From Octopus sinensis (lineage: Eukaryota): a DNA stretch of 64,000 bases. Under the pieces are notes generated by a model. That model made no database searches. It was not told the origin of the DNA and was given only the letters and a program-made list of their open reading frames with translations. Position numbers and translations under genes: made by a program. The number at the start of each line of letters is the position of its first letter. The stretch's first letter is position 1. Where the stretch lies: the NCBI RefSeq assembly GCF_006345805.1, contig NC_043013.1, forward strand, positions 29,946,001-30,010,000, given 5' to 3'. Shown here piece by piece: positions 40,581 through 53,162 of this stretch.

Positions 40581-40581
<1 letters not shown>
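40370..40581 (-). mobile_element. Short (TA)n-inserted non-autonomous element carrying an HHR-like motif (40469-40506)
   Basis: Reverse-complement homolog of 46536-46724. Minus: tcttt CTGTTGA a gagc gtag gctc GAAA cg TT aaaga; flanked by (TA)n. Confidence 0.7.
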
Positions 40582-40658
<77 letters not shown>

Positions 40659-41674
40659 TTTGTTGTGTCTGGAGAGAGTCATTCTTACACATCCAGTGAT
40701 TCAATTTCCATTCATTTATTATTATATTTTTTTGTGTCTTCCAAAAAATTTCGTCGCTTTTGCAACCTTATCAATGAATGTCGACTCTGTCCTTTATCGG
40801 AGCTCCGTTCTTTTTGTCTGTTTGAGATTCTGTTGCGTGCGTGAGAGTGTGCTTATATACATGTATGCATACATACATATGCACATATGTAAGTATGTAT
40901 AAATGTATATATATGTATTCTACATATTAATGTGTTTGTGTGTGTATTTGTGTGTACCCGTTTCCTTGTGTGTGCGTGTTTGAGTGTGTCTATATGTATG
41001 AGTGTGTGTGATTATGTACGTACATCTGTTATGTATAGATGTGTCTCGCCATCTGTATGTGTATGCGTGTGTGTGTGGAGTGTGTGTGTACACATGGTCA
41101 TGTGTTTCCATCTCTTGTGTGTGTGTGTATGTGCTTCTGTCCGTATTACCTATGTGAGTGTGTGTGTGGGCCTATCTGTCCGTATTACATTTGCATTCAT
41201 CTATCTACCTATGTATCTATCTTTTCACCTTCATATTTATTTACCTAACCATCTATCTGACTACTTAACTGCATATTGGCAAATGTACCTATGTATATAT
41301 ATTCTGTAGATATTTGGGTATCTCGACCTTCGCTGTGTATCTCCTATTTAGTACGTGGAACGTTTCATTTATACGGTTCATTTGGATTCTTTCATTTATG
41401 GCTTCTTTCAATTTTCGTCTACCAAATCCATGTGGTTGGGAAGTAAGCTTCTCACCACATAACAACTCGTTGTGTATTTTTCTTTTATAACAATTAGTTA
41501 CTATTTTTATAGACTAGCATTTTAGATGGCTTAAAGTAAGGTTTTATCCAGTTTACGAAAGATTTCATAACCATTTACTTGCAATTAGGGTTGACTCATT
41601 ATATTTCTCCTGGGGGAAATTGTTCTAATGTAGGTAGTTTATTAAACAGACTGAATTTCTCAGTAGGTATATCT

Positions 41675-42072
41675 TCTTTTACTATTCTAGGCACAAGGCC
41701 CGAAATGTCTGGAAAGGGGGCCAGTCGATTAGATCGACCCCAGAACGCAACTGGTTTTTAATTATCGAACCCGAAAAGATGAAAAGGAAAGTCGACATTG
41801 GCGGAATTTGAACTCAGAACTTAAAGACAGACGAAATACCTTTTTCTTTACTACCCACAAGGAGCTAAACACAGAGAGGACAAACAAGGACCGACAAAGG
41901 GATTAAGTTGATTATATCGACCCCAGTGCGTAACTGGTACTTATTTAATCGACCCCGAAAGGATGAAAGGCAAAGTCGACCTCGGCGGAATTTGAACTCA
42001 GAACGTAGCGACAGGCGAAGTACCGCTAAGCATTTCGCTCGGCGCCCTAACGTTTCTGTCAGCTCGCCGCCT
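41675..42072 (-). mobile_element. SINE family A dimer
   Basis: Two consecutive gtcgac...ggcggaatttgaactcagaac units, ending cagctcgccgcc. Confidence 0.88.
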
Positions 42073-42582
42073 TTCCTCAGTATGTATATAACTGCTGTTG
42101 GTCTCATTTACGAAATTATTCAATCCCGGATTTGAATAATTACGATTAAAAGCATTTAAACCATGGAAAATCACATATTTTAGATAAGTCCTTCCTTTTT
42201 AAAATTATAGGGTGTGGATTGAAAACATTTGGCTGTATTTTACAACAAGTCGTTTATAGAGGTACCGACGCTGGCTAAATAATACATGGTGCTTTTAATG
42301 ATGCACATGTGACATTGTTTTTACTCGTATACTTATGATGTAGCGTATTTCACTTTGCCCACTTTCTACTGGAGTACTTTACACGTTTCAAGAATGCCTA
42401 CCATTTCTTTTCCTTTTAAAATTCGATGGCAAGTTTGTATAAGATGCGCTCTATTCCATATGTACGCAGTATACTTTTATTCAGTTGGAATCTTCACCTA
42501 TTATAAACATTCAAACTCATTTGTGTTCATTATTTACATTATTTACAATTGACGGATATTTGTCCTCATCGTGTTTGTTGTT

Positions 42583-42628
42583 AACACAACGTTTCGGCTG
42601 ATATACCCTCTAGCCGTCTTCAGGTGTC
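42583..42628 (-). ncRNA. Minimal type-I hammerhead ribozyme motif
   Basis: Minus: gacac CTGAAGA c ggct agagggtatatc agcc GAAA cg TT gtgtt. Confidence 0.72.
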
Positions 42629-42670
42629 TTGGGGAAATTTCAAATCTGGGTTCTCATTCCTAACGGTATA

Positions 42671-42905
42671 AGGCGGCGAGCTGGCAGAAACGTTAGCACG
42701 CCGGGCGAAATGCGTAGCCGTATTTCGTCTGCCGTTACGTTCTGAGTTCAAATTCCGCCGAGGTCGACTTTGCCTTTCATCCTTTCGTGGTCGATAAATT
42801 GAGTACCAGTTACGCACTGGGGTCGATATAATCGACTTAATCCGTTTGTCTGTCCTTGTTTTTCCCCTCTGTGTATAGCCCCTTGTGGGCAGTAAAGAAA
42901 TAGGT
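42671..42905 (+). mobile_element. Young SINE family A copy
   Basis: ggcggcgagctggcagaaacgttagcacgccgggcgaaatg...gagttcaaattcc (B box)...gtcgactttgcctttcatcc. Confidence 0.9.
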
Positions 42906-43094
42906 ATATTAGCCGAAACGTTGCGTTAACAACAAACAAGATGAGGACAAATATCCGTCGAATGTAAATAATGTAAATAATGTACATAATTCCTCATCTC
43001 ATAAATATAGAATTGTATCATTTGTGTATGTTTGTGTAAGTGCATGTGTGTGCACTGTTTGATTTGTGTTTGCGCGTGTGTGTGCATTTGTATC

Positions 43095-43463
43095 GTTTTG
43101 TTTCTTATTTCGGTCAATAGATTGCAGCCGAGCTGCGACACTACCTTAAAGAATTTGTGGTGGAATGAATCGACCCAGGACTTATTTTTCAAAGCCGGCT
43201 ATTTATTCTATCGGTCACTTTTGCCGACTGCTAAGTTACGGGGTCGTAAAGACATCCACACCAGTTGCCAGACGGTGGAGGGGGGACAGACACACACACG
43301 CACACAGGTATGTAATAGGTTTCTTTCAGTTTCCGTCTGTCAAATCCACCGAGAAGGCTTTGATAGGCCCGAGGTTATAGCAGAAGATGCCTTGCAGTGG
43401 AACTGCACCCGGAACTTTGTGGTTGAGAAGTAAACTTCCTAACACACAGCCACGCCTGCGCCT
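43095..43463 (-). mobile_element. SINE family B, near full length
   Basis: Ends cacacagccacgcctgcgcc (head on minus strand); tttctttcagtttccgtct..caaatccac; gaatcgacccaggactta. Confidence 0.8.
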
Positions 43464-45159
43464 ATGGTTTATATGGTGTACGGCTGTTTGGTTTAGAAAA
43501 TTGAAACAATCAACTATATTGCATTTCAGGTGCCTTGAAATATGCATGACTGCCTGACGTTTTTACATCTAAAAAAAAACAAAACATTAATCTCTTCCAG
43601 TGTTTGATTTCATATTCATTACTTGAAGTGTCAGTAGTAGTTTTTGACTCACGAAGAATTATTTCAATCCTCTAATGAGTGAGGAAAACTAGTAATCCGT
43701 AATTGAAGTTTAACTCCATTTACTACTCGCTCTACTTAATTTATAGCCTGTATTACTTCGCTGAAAAAGTTTTAGCGTTAATCTACTGCATGTTTGTTTT
43801 TTTTATTCATTAGTCTTTGTTTTAACAACAGCATACAGAACATATGAATAAGGCCACCAGTCCCGGGGAGAGAGGAGCCATTCGATTACATCGATCTTAG
43901 AATTTGTCTCAGTACATGATTTTATCAGCTACGAAAAGATGAAAAGCAAAGCTGACCTCAACAAGATTTGATCACTGAACGTAAAATGCCGGAAAATGAA
44001 AACGTAATAAATCACTAAGAGGAAGATGTGCTTATTTATATTCTTCTTTTTTATTGCACGTTCGGCGTTCTACGTGAATGCCGTCCACAATAAGAATTTT
44101 CTGCATTTATGTAATGTTTGTACGTGCTTTGTGAGAGTTTCTGTATTGTACGAACACGTCAGATACATCTGAGCTGTTTTCTAAAATTACAACGCATTGG
44201 TACTTAGAATACATTTCTTATGCTCAAAAGAAGAGAAAATCATTTCAACGAAAACCTTAGTTTTCTTTTAAGCATTTTTGTTTTAGATGATTTCGTGTTA
44301 TACGGTTGGTTATTACCGCAAACATAGAAATCTTCAGAGATACAAAATATGAATGCAAGCAAAATAGAAAGCCATAACCTTGATGCATTTCTCAAAACCA
44401 TTCAGCACAAATACATTAAGATTTTTTTCAATGGTTCTTCTATAGCAACAACAAAGCATCAGAGCCTGTCTATTACCGGACACTCACATGCACGCACTCA
44501 GCATTCACGTACTGTGTGTGTGTGTCTCTCTGTGTCTCTCTCTCAAACATATACATGCATGCCTTAACACACGCACATTCTAACACACACACACATACAC
44601 ACATATAGAGATTTGCCTATTTAATACTCTATCATTAACACTGGAGAGAAAGAAAAAGAACAAAAATCAGAACAAAACCGTTAATGTATATATATATTTA
44701 TTTTGAAACTGTATACGTAATGAAAAGAAAAAGGAAGGAGAAGCTTAGATAAAGCTTAGTAATATTACGTTGAAATTATAATGTACTGACGTATATTCCA
44801 TAAATATACAGTGTTAGAAAATGTTATCATCGCGTTGAAGATTTACAGCTTGCGTAACCTACTATTTACCAACAATGTTTGAAACCACACGTTATATCTA
44901 GTAGCATAATAAATTGATACGACAGAATACAGCGTCTCTAGTCACCGAGCGCTGCAAATAAACAAAGAAAACAAAGCAAATTAATAAGAAAGGAAAGAGT
45001 GGAAAGAATGAATGCGAAAGAAAAAAAAAAGAAAGGAGAATATTAAATAGAGTTATATTTTTGTTTTAGAATCGAAGGAATTAGCAGCTATCGTGTCATC
45101 TCAATCAGATATTTTCCTCCTGCCTATTAAGTGAAAAAGCAGCGTAGTAACCGAAAGTG

Positions 45160-45179
45160 TCATCGTTGTTGTTGTTGTT

Positions 45180-45224
<45 letters not shown>

Positions 45225-45347
45225 ATCGCCGTCGTTATCAGTATCAACATACTTCATTGCCGACATCATCACCACCGACACGAAAAACCAACCAGCACTA
45301 ACATCACCAGCACCAGCACCACCAGCAGCACCACCACCAAGACCACC

Positions 45348-45381
<34 letters not shown>

Positions 45382-45764
45382 TCATCATCGTCATCATCGT
45401 CGTCGTCGTCGTCGTCGTCGTCAACATCGTCATCGTCCTCATCGTCGTTGTCGTCGTCGTCGTCGTGGTCATCATTATCATCATCATCGTCATTATCAAC
45501 ACCACCACGGGGACCACCGTACCACAAAAAACAACTGCCACCGCTCCAAGTTCCACCACATCACAACACACCATCGCCACTCCCCTCCACTATCATCATC
45601 AACATCATCGTCCTTATTACTCTCCTCACAAACAACCACATCATTATCATCTTCGACAATACATAATCTTATTGATCCCCATCATGTGTCGAAATCTCTC
45701 TTGTGTTACCAATACTATTCGCCACCACCTTAACAAATGAACTTCATCACTATATCTACTCATG

Positions 45765-45845
<81 letters not shown>
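45160..45845. repeat. Compound trinucleotide repeat block (TTG, CAC/CAG, CAT, CGT, TAC)
   Basis: Directly visible; gives homopolymeric ORFs in several frames on both strands. Confidence 0.9.
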
Positions 45846-45846
<1 letters not shown>

Positions 45847-46025
45847 GAGATTATCAAAGTCTAATGGCATTAGCATGGGTCTTGTTTTGTGGTTTGGCAA
45901 AAAAATTCTGCTCATATCTCAATAATCTTTCTTCGGATTCTTGTAACATACAAGATGGCATTTTTCTGCACGTTGACCAATTGCGTGTCAATTCCAATAT
46001 CCTTCAAATTCAAATCGAGTGTATT

Positions 46026-46406
46026 GTACAATCATTTCATACGACTCCATTTAATTGAACAATACAAATATTACATCAATTTAAAATGTAGAGCAATCCC
46101 CAGCTGTACAAAAATATAGGATTTAATTAAATTCGAAGGGCTCATTTGTATAATTTTATCCAAAATCACCAAGGGGATAAGGAGATAGACAAAGAAAAAT
46201 TTCAGTTACAACTGTAATGTTGCTGGTAAAACATATTCTTTGTCTATCTCCTTATCCTCTTGGTGAGTTTGGAGAAAATTATACTAATGAGTCCTTCGAA
46301 TTTAATTCAATTCTATATTTTTGTGCAGCTGAAGATTGCTCTACATCTTAAATTGATGTAATGTTTGTATTGTTCAATTAAATGGAGTCGCATGAAACGA
46401 TGGTAC
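46026..46406. repeat. Foldback inverted repeat, ~170 bp arms (46026-46196 / 46236-46406) with ~39 nt spacer
   Basis: For example ggataaggagatagacaaagaa / ttctttgtctatctccttatcc and cgactccatttaattgaacaatacaaa / tttgtattgttcaattaaatggagtcg. Confidence 0.92.
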
Positions 46407-46410
46407 TGCA
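46324..46410 (+). ncRNA. Type-I hammerhead ribozyme motif
   Basis: tgcag CTGAAGA t tgc[~50 nt]gca t GAAA cgatgg TA ctgca; homolog at 51482-51567. Confidence 0.72.
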
Positions 46411-46535
46411 TTACCTCTGGATATCCTTGTGGCTTATTTTGATCATAATCACCCTATTTTAAATTGTATGGATAATACCATACTAAATTCTGGTGCCTTC
46501 AACTTAAGTACCATATTAATCTGAATCTATATATA

Positions 46536-46724
46536 TCGCCATGATAGATCGGTAGCAACTACACACATTTTTTTCTCTCCTTGTTTCTTCTTGTGTTCCT
46601 TTCTGTGGAAGACCGTAGGCTCGAAACGTAAAAGACTTTTTCAATTCCCGAACATTATATTAATACATCTGTTTGTTTTCTACACCACCTGTCTTCGTCT
46701 TGTGTCTTTTTCGTGAAGTCTCCC
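46536..46724 (+). mobile_element. Short (TA)n-inserted element with HHR-like motif (46599-46634)
   Basis: cgccatg...tttttttctctcctt...cttt CTGTGGA a gacc gtag gctc GAAA cg TA aaag; same family as 40370-40581. Confidence 0.7.
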
Positions 46725-46760
<36 letters not shown>

Positions 46761-46849
46761 TGTATGTATGTATGTATGTATGTATGTATATACACACATA
46801 TATATATACACTCGAGTGTGTGTGTGTATGTATATACCGTAACATATAT

Positions 46850-46965
46850 TTCCCAACTAAGTGTGGCGTCTTATACAGGACAGCGCTAATGATATTTTTA
46901 GCCCCAGGATAACATCTCCTCCAGCTGGCTAACGGCACACATTCTGTGTCCGTTTAGTATTTGCG
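46850..46965. mobile_element. Fragment related to the foldback MITE at 1831-2134
   Basis: tttagccccaggataacatctcctccagctggcta..ggcacac matches the MITE arm; a reverse copy lies at ~50815-50874. Confidence 0.6.
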
Positions 46966-47638
46966 AGGGGCGGTCACTATGACTGTCGAATCAGTATTTG
47001 CTAAGAGTGGTCACTATGAGTATCTAAGCTATTCAAGGATTTAATGCTCCCTAGATTCCTTAAACAGGACTGTTACATTTATAAGATTAGAATATGTTTT
47101 AAATTTTATATAAATTAACAGAGATTTTCATAGTACAAAACATGTGAATAATGATAGAAATTTTAACATATAAATAATAAGCGTGAATCGATGAGAGAAG
47201 AATTTGTTATTCTGTTTTCTACGGTGTCGAGCACCAGATACAAGCTGCATTTTGAGGTGGAGTAGGGGGAGCTTGTCAAGGATATGTAATCTCATGCACG
47301 TGCCTAGACGAAATTTGTTGCCTCATATATATTGAGAACACTGAATAATACCTCCACTGATATGGCTAATAGCCGCCGGCTTGTATAAAAACAAAACATG
47401 GCTGATTTTTTGTCTCACTCTGATATGCGTTGTGCTTTTAGCAGAGCACATATACAAGAGTTTTATCTCGGATGAAAGCCGTAGTATCTTGCCTGTCTGA
47501 ATACTGGTATATACAAGAGCCATATGTAAACAGATACGCGTCTCTGTGGTTGCTTTTCTATTATCGAAAATAAATGCGGAACAGTAGCTATGAAATGAAT
47601 ATATACTTTCATACATAAATACATACATACATATATAC

Positions 47639-47680
<42 letters not shown>

Positions 47681-47774
47681 GTTTGTGTATACATATATAC
47701 ATACCCACACATATATACACATATATATGTACATAAATAAATATATATACATATATATTCACACACACACACAC

Positions 47775-47833
<59 letters not shown>

Positions 47834-50049
47834 TTAAAGAAATCAGAACTGATGGGAAACAAACCGACGTCTTCCTGGGTATGTAAACAAAAAGAGAGTG
47901 AGAAGGAATGAGAAAGCGGGATAGGGGGAAAGGTACAGAGAGGGAGAGAGAGGGAGAGGAAGGGGAGACACAGAGATAGGGAGACACAAATAAAGATGGA
48001 GAAGGAGAAAGAGATTCCAGTATAGGAATTAGTATTTATATATATCCATTATCCTGGATACATATTTTATGCGAATATGAATTTATAAGGCTTCATTATA
48101 TACTCATGCATATTTATATACAGAAATCTCGTTTTTATATGAAATATATACAATTTATATGCTATATTCACTATAAAAATGCAAGCAGGGAAACTTAAGA
48201 GAGATAAAGATGTATTTATCAGACACTTATTTCAGCACCGAACATAGTTAACTTCAGTCGTAAGAGAAGCGGAAAACAAAATAACAAAAGCCAAACAAAA
48301 AGAAAGCAAAAAAAAAAAAACACACACACACACACAGCAGAGACATTTGACGGCGTCACTATTCCATTTCAGAACATTTTTACAAAGTATAGGGTTAAAG
48401 TTGTGTGGAATAAAGTAATTCCAGGACCATAGAGAAAACTTATATGCTTATAATGATGGTCTTTGCTAGTGTTTGTCGTTTGGAAGGAGACACTAATTAC
48501 AAAAATAACCAACTAAAATAAAGAAAACAAAACTGTTTTTGTTTATGGCAAGTAGGCAGCTAGAATCCAATTAATATAATTATTACTTGGCTACGTCAAA
48601 ATGTAACTTCTCTATTGAGCCAAATATCCACCAGCCTTCAATATGCAGAAAGTAAATGATATACCAATGGTTGTTAGGAAAAACCAATATGCAATGATGA
48701 TGATGATTTTGATATCGTCGTCGTCGTAGTCATCATCATCATCATCATCATTAACATGATGGGAGTTGTCGTCATTGCCATTGACGTCATCGTTCTCATT
48801 GTCGTCATCATCGTCACCGTCTTAATTTTCATAATTGTCAAACCGAACTGTCTCTTTTATGTAGACTACTGCTTATTTAATATCGGATGCTACTGAGGAA
48901 TTTGGCGCTCAAAGCTGTTTGTTCACATACTTAAGATGAAGCGAGAGTGTAAAATGAATGGATTCGAAAAGCCACTATAACATCATAACTACAATGCTAG
49001 GGAACTTGATAAAAATACGCAAATTCTAAGCTATTGTTTACATTCATGAATTGCCAAATTCACGTCTGCTGGAGAAAATATCTATTAATGATAATAACAA
49101 GTAGAATGTTCGGATGTAGCCAGTAAACCTTGCATCTGTATGGTGACGTAATGTCCTACTTCAGTCCCATTTATGACCACGCTAAAAAGTGATACGAGGT
49201 GCGACAGTCAGGGAATATCATATCTGTAATTTATGACGATCTTGCATAAATTAAGTCATTAATGATAGTTGGAGAAGAAAGAAGCACATTTTGTCACGTT
49301 CCTAATATCATCTTAATTCCTTGATTTTTCTTGTTATTTAGCCCTAGGCTTGCCTTGATCGTGCTGATTACTGATGATAGACGTTCCAGCAGTGGTAATT
49401 CCGTTTTGGGTATTTCTACCGTTACAGCGTAGACAATTTACTTACGCACAATTTCACAATTTGCTAGCGAGTCGTGAATGTCGTAGAGAATCTCTTACTC
49501 TCTCTCCCTCCCTTCTTTCTCTCCTTGTTTCTCTCTCTCCATGTCTATGTCTTCCTGTCTCTCTCTCTCCCATTCTCCTTCATTCTCTCTCTCTCTCCCA
49601 TTTTCTCTCATTTTCTCTCTGTCCCATTCTCTCTCTCTCTCTCTCACTGCTTGTTTCTCACCAGATCACAATCCCTCTGATGAGGGTAGGTCGTTCAATT
49701 TTTTTCAACCGGTCCTTGGACCGACTGAGAAAACCGTTTAATAACTAACTTTGTTCTATGGAGACATATGAAATTTTGAAACATAGAAATAATATAAACT
49801 TATTGAATAACCTGTCCTAACTGGGATTATCTTGTATACATTGTGCTACCCGTACGTTTAAATATTTTAAATAATAACATTCAGACCATTCCTAAATTTT
49901 CAATTCCTAATATTTTATAACCAAATAAAAATTTATATACCATACTAGCTTTTATTCAACCTGCATAGATTTAAATTCCATTATATATATAAATCTGAAT
50001 ATATGAAATTGGAATTACATTTTTTTTTTTATACTCTCCTATATTGGAA

Positions 50050-50520
50050 AGAAAAAATTCTATATATCTAGGGAAATTATTTGATTCATCTTGATTACCT
50101 CCCTTCCATTACTTTTTAATATATATTATTGACTCCTGATATATTTACTTAATTGATAAAGTTTTTCTCCACGGGTAGTAAATATTATGTCTAACATATT
50201 CTTTTAATTCGACTCATTAATAAAATAAATCACCATTTACTAGCTAATTAGGATTCTATATTAATGGAAATGGGGATATATAAATATAAATTAATCGCAA
50301 ATAATTCTATATATCTAGAGAAATTACTTGGTTCATCTTGACTACTTCCCTTCCATTATTTTTTAATATATCCTTTTGACTCCTGATATATGTACTAAAT
50401 TAATAATGTTTTTTCCACGGTTATTAAATATTATGTCTAACATTTTCTTTTAATTCAACTCATTGAAATTATCACCACTTACTAGCTAATTATGATTATA
50501 TATTAATGGAAATGGATTAC
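50050..50520. repeat. Diverged ~245-bp tandem duplication, possibly a Penelope RT relic on the minus strand
   Basis: aattctatatatctag...tattaatggaaatgg occurs twice (~50055 and ~50303). Minus strand yields KNMLDII and DES..ISLDI-NFF, resembling PLE RT motif A (weak). Confidence 0.6.
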
Positions 50521-50934
50521 AAGCTACAGCAACACCCACCCTTAGTGGTTAGCCATATTGAGATGGCAAGTATACCTCACATTGTCGTGCAGTTACTGTT
50601 TATACCGCGTTCAGAGATTTATTATTGTTTGCATACAGTTTTTCGAGATCAGTGACGAAACGTTACTGGAAAAACGATATAAGTATTTGCATTGTAACAC
50701 TTTTTCATCGAAAACCGGTGATTGTCGTACGCTGATGACATGTCAAAACCTAGAAACTGCAGTCCGTGCGTATCACTTAGGTTGACGAGGGAAGGGTGAC
50801 CTCCTTTTGCAAATACCATAAGGGCACAGAAAGTGTGCCTAAAGCCAGCTGGAGGCGATGTTCTCCTGGGGCTACAAGCTACAGTAACACCCACCCTTAG
50901 TGGTTAGCCATATTGAGATGGCAAGTATACCTCA
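50518..50934 (+). repeat. 355-bp-period unit bounded by 62-bp direct repeats
   Basis: tacaagctacag(c/t)aacacccacccttagtggttagccatattgagatggcaagtatacctca at 50518-50579 and 50873-50934. Confidence 0.9.
50726..50770 (+). ncRNA. Minimal type-I hammerhead ribozyme motif
   Basis: cgtacg CTGATGA catgt caaa accta GAAA ctgcag TC cgtgcg. Canonical core, palindromic helix III, 6-bp helix I; helix II has 2 mismatches. Confidence 0.72.
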
Positions 50935-51481
50935 GATATATATATATATATTTATATAAATATGAAATGATTTCTATATTTTCTATCCATATATAAGATA
51001 CTAATGCTTACTGAAATCATTTAGGAATTGTCTAAGGAATATTTACTTAAATTTCTTAATATAGAATCTAAATGTCAAATGGTAGTAGGCATTAAAACCG
51101 CTGGAACACTAATAGTCTACCTTCCCCTACCCCTCTAACTACAACATACTAGCTTTTTGCTTAATACATTCAAATGTACCTGGGCTTGGTTCCTCAAAAT
51201 AAGAATAGGTTTATTGGTTTTGACATTTGTTTCTACCTCTTCCTATATCTATGAATAGAAAAAATTCTTTGTCTCCATCCAACCAAAAATAGAACCCCCC
51301 CCCATTAACTCACCTAAATAACAAAGTGAAAAAATCTACAGTCAGAGAGTAAATTTAATACTATGATGTTCTTAAGAATGAAATCAACCTCTCTGTTTGT
51401 ATATCTACCCACTTTATAATGTTGGCAAACGAAACAGAGATAAGAATGTGCATTGCCCGTTTGATTGGGAAATTTCTATAA

Positions 51482-51567
51482 GTGGCTGAAGATTGCTCGA
51501 CATTTTAAAACTGATGTAATACTTACAGTGTTTAATAAAATGAAGTAGCATGAAACGATCGTACTAC
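51482..51567 (+). ncRNA. Type-I hammerhead ribozyme motif
   Basis: gtgg CTGAAGA t tgct[~49 nt]agca t GAAA cgatcg TA ctac. Confidence 0.72.
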
Positions 51568-51601
51568 ATTACCTCGGATATACTTGTTGCTTATTTTGAT
51601 G

Positions 51602-51636
<35 letters not shown>

Positions 51637-51664
51637 TTGTGTGTGTTTATATTAACACACATTA

Positions 51665-51910
51665 ACACACCAGGTTATCAGATGCTATTACACATTGCTG
51701 GCCACAATGCATATTTTGCTTTGTTTTAGCCTGCAAATGACACTAACCTGCTGGCTAGGAGAGCAGGCCAACATTCTCCCTCTCTGATCGAAAAGGAAAC
51801 CGGACCAATGTAAAATGAAGCGCTTTGCTCTAGAACACAACGTGTCCCTCAGTCAGGGAATCGAACACACGACGTAGCGATCATGAGTGCAACAGCCTCG
51901 CCACTAGGTC
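51665..51910 (-). mobile_element. tRNA-derived SINE (family C-like)
   Basis: Minus head tgacctagtggcgagg...gttcgattccc (A and B boxes), then gtgttctagagcaaagc. Confidence 0.65.
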
Positions 51911-53162
51911 ATAGCGTCTTCTCTCTCTCTCTACATATATAAGTATGTATAGATATACGCACACGGTATGCGTTATGGATGCTTCAACAACTGTACACTA
52001 AATTACTTACAATTCATTGGTCAATCTATGTCTACCCGTGTCTGCAGGAAAATGCACTAGTCCAAATTAACGCATAATGGGATTGAAAATGGAACCAGTC
52101 TCATCTCTCTGGATTTGATAAACTATGCTTTCTAAAGTTTCCATAACGACAGAAAAGAATATTATCAAAGCAAGAATCTTAAGTGGATAGCTAGGCTTAA
52201 AATTCTTTAGGAAGTGTATATTCAACTTCAAAGTACTGGATATTTCATTTAGTGAATCATGCTTTGGGGAATTATAGCATTCTCCTCGCATTCCATTCTG
52301 ATAACTGAGCAACGTCTAATTGAATGTAGAAAGCATGGAATCTGGAATTTATTTCTGAACTTCAGTTTGATAGTTAATGTTACAACAGTTATGATCAAAG
52401 TCGATATCATGACATACTTAACCAAACAAGACCTGACACGATAATGTATCCCGATACAGGAATGGAAGATGGCAGTGATATAAGAGAATGATATAAAATG
52501 GTTTCTATGGTAATATAATATCAATTGTTTGATATCAAAGATTACATTTTCACAGAAACTATTCCATGTAACTATTACTCTTCTGGGGATATTTATGTTG
52601 CTATCCTACATAATAAGATCGATTGTATTAATGTTTTGATACGAATCTTTAGACAATATTCAATAATCCTAAAATGGCGGTTTTATTCTGTTGCTTCCTC
52701 ATCAATCGAGACGGACAAGTAAATACGATAATAGGCGATTGACTTACAAGTTACATCTATGCCATTGCAGGCATTGTGTTGAAACTCTGTTTAAGATAAA
52801 TACGGCATAATATCACATGTTCAATAAAGTGAATTCAATGCTTCAATCAATTGATATTATGCATTCAATTAATTGACGAAAATTACAAGGGCTGTTTAAA
52901 ATCGGAATAAAACAGGCATGACTGATATCTCACATCGGATGTAGAGGTCGAAATATACTACACACATTTACCAAGAATACTATAATAGACATATATGTAT
53001 GTATGTATGTATGTATGTATTATGTATGTATGTATGTATGTATGTATATATATATATATATACATATATAAAATATTATTTGAGACAAAACCACTATTTT
53101 GCAAAACAAACAAGGAAAGACTTAATCAATACATAAAATTTAATAAATAGTCAAAAAAACCG

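Larger units (their letters stand above)
42519..43020. mobile_element. Penelope-like pLTR fragments in inverted arrangement, split by a SINE
   Basis: 42519-42599 and 42911-42990 are reverse complements (cattatttaca...gacggatatttgtcctcatc...aacgtttcggct); the left arm carries an HHR. Confidence 0.7.

Noticed and set aside
45105-45740. Poly-D/G/N or poly-S/P ORFs resembling a low-complexity protein exon
   Set aside because: Made of trinucleotide repeats open on both strands, with no domain or convincing splice context.
49670-49740. CTGATGA hammerhead half-core
   Set aside because: No properly paired helix II followed by GAAA and UH could be found.
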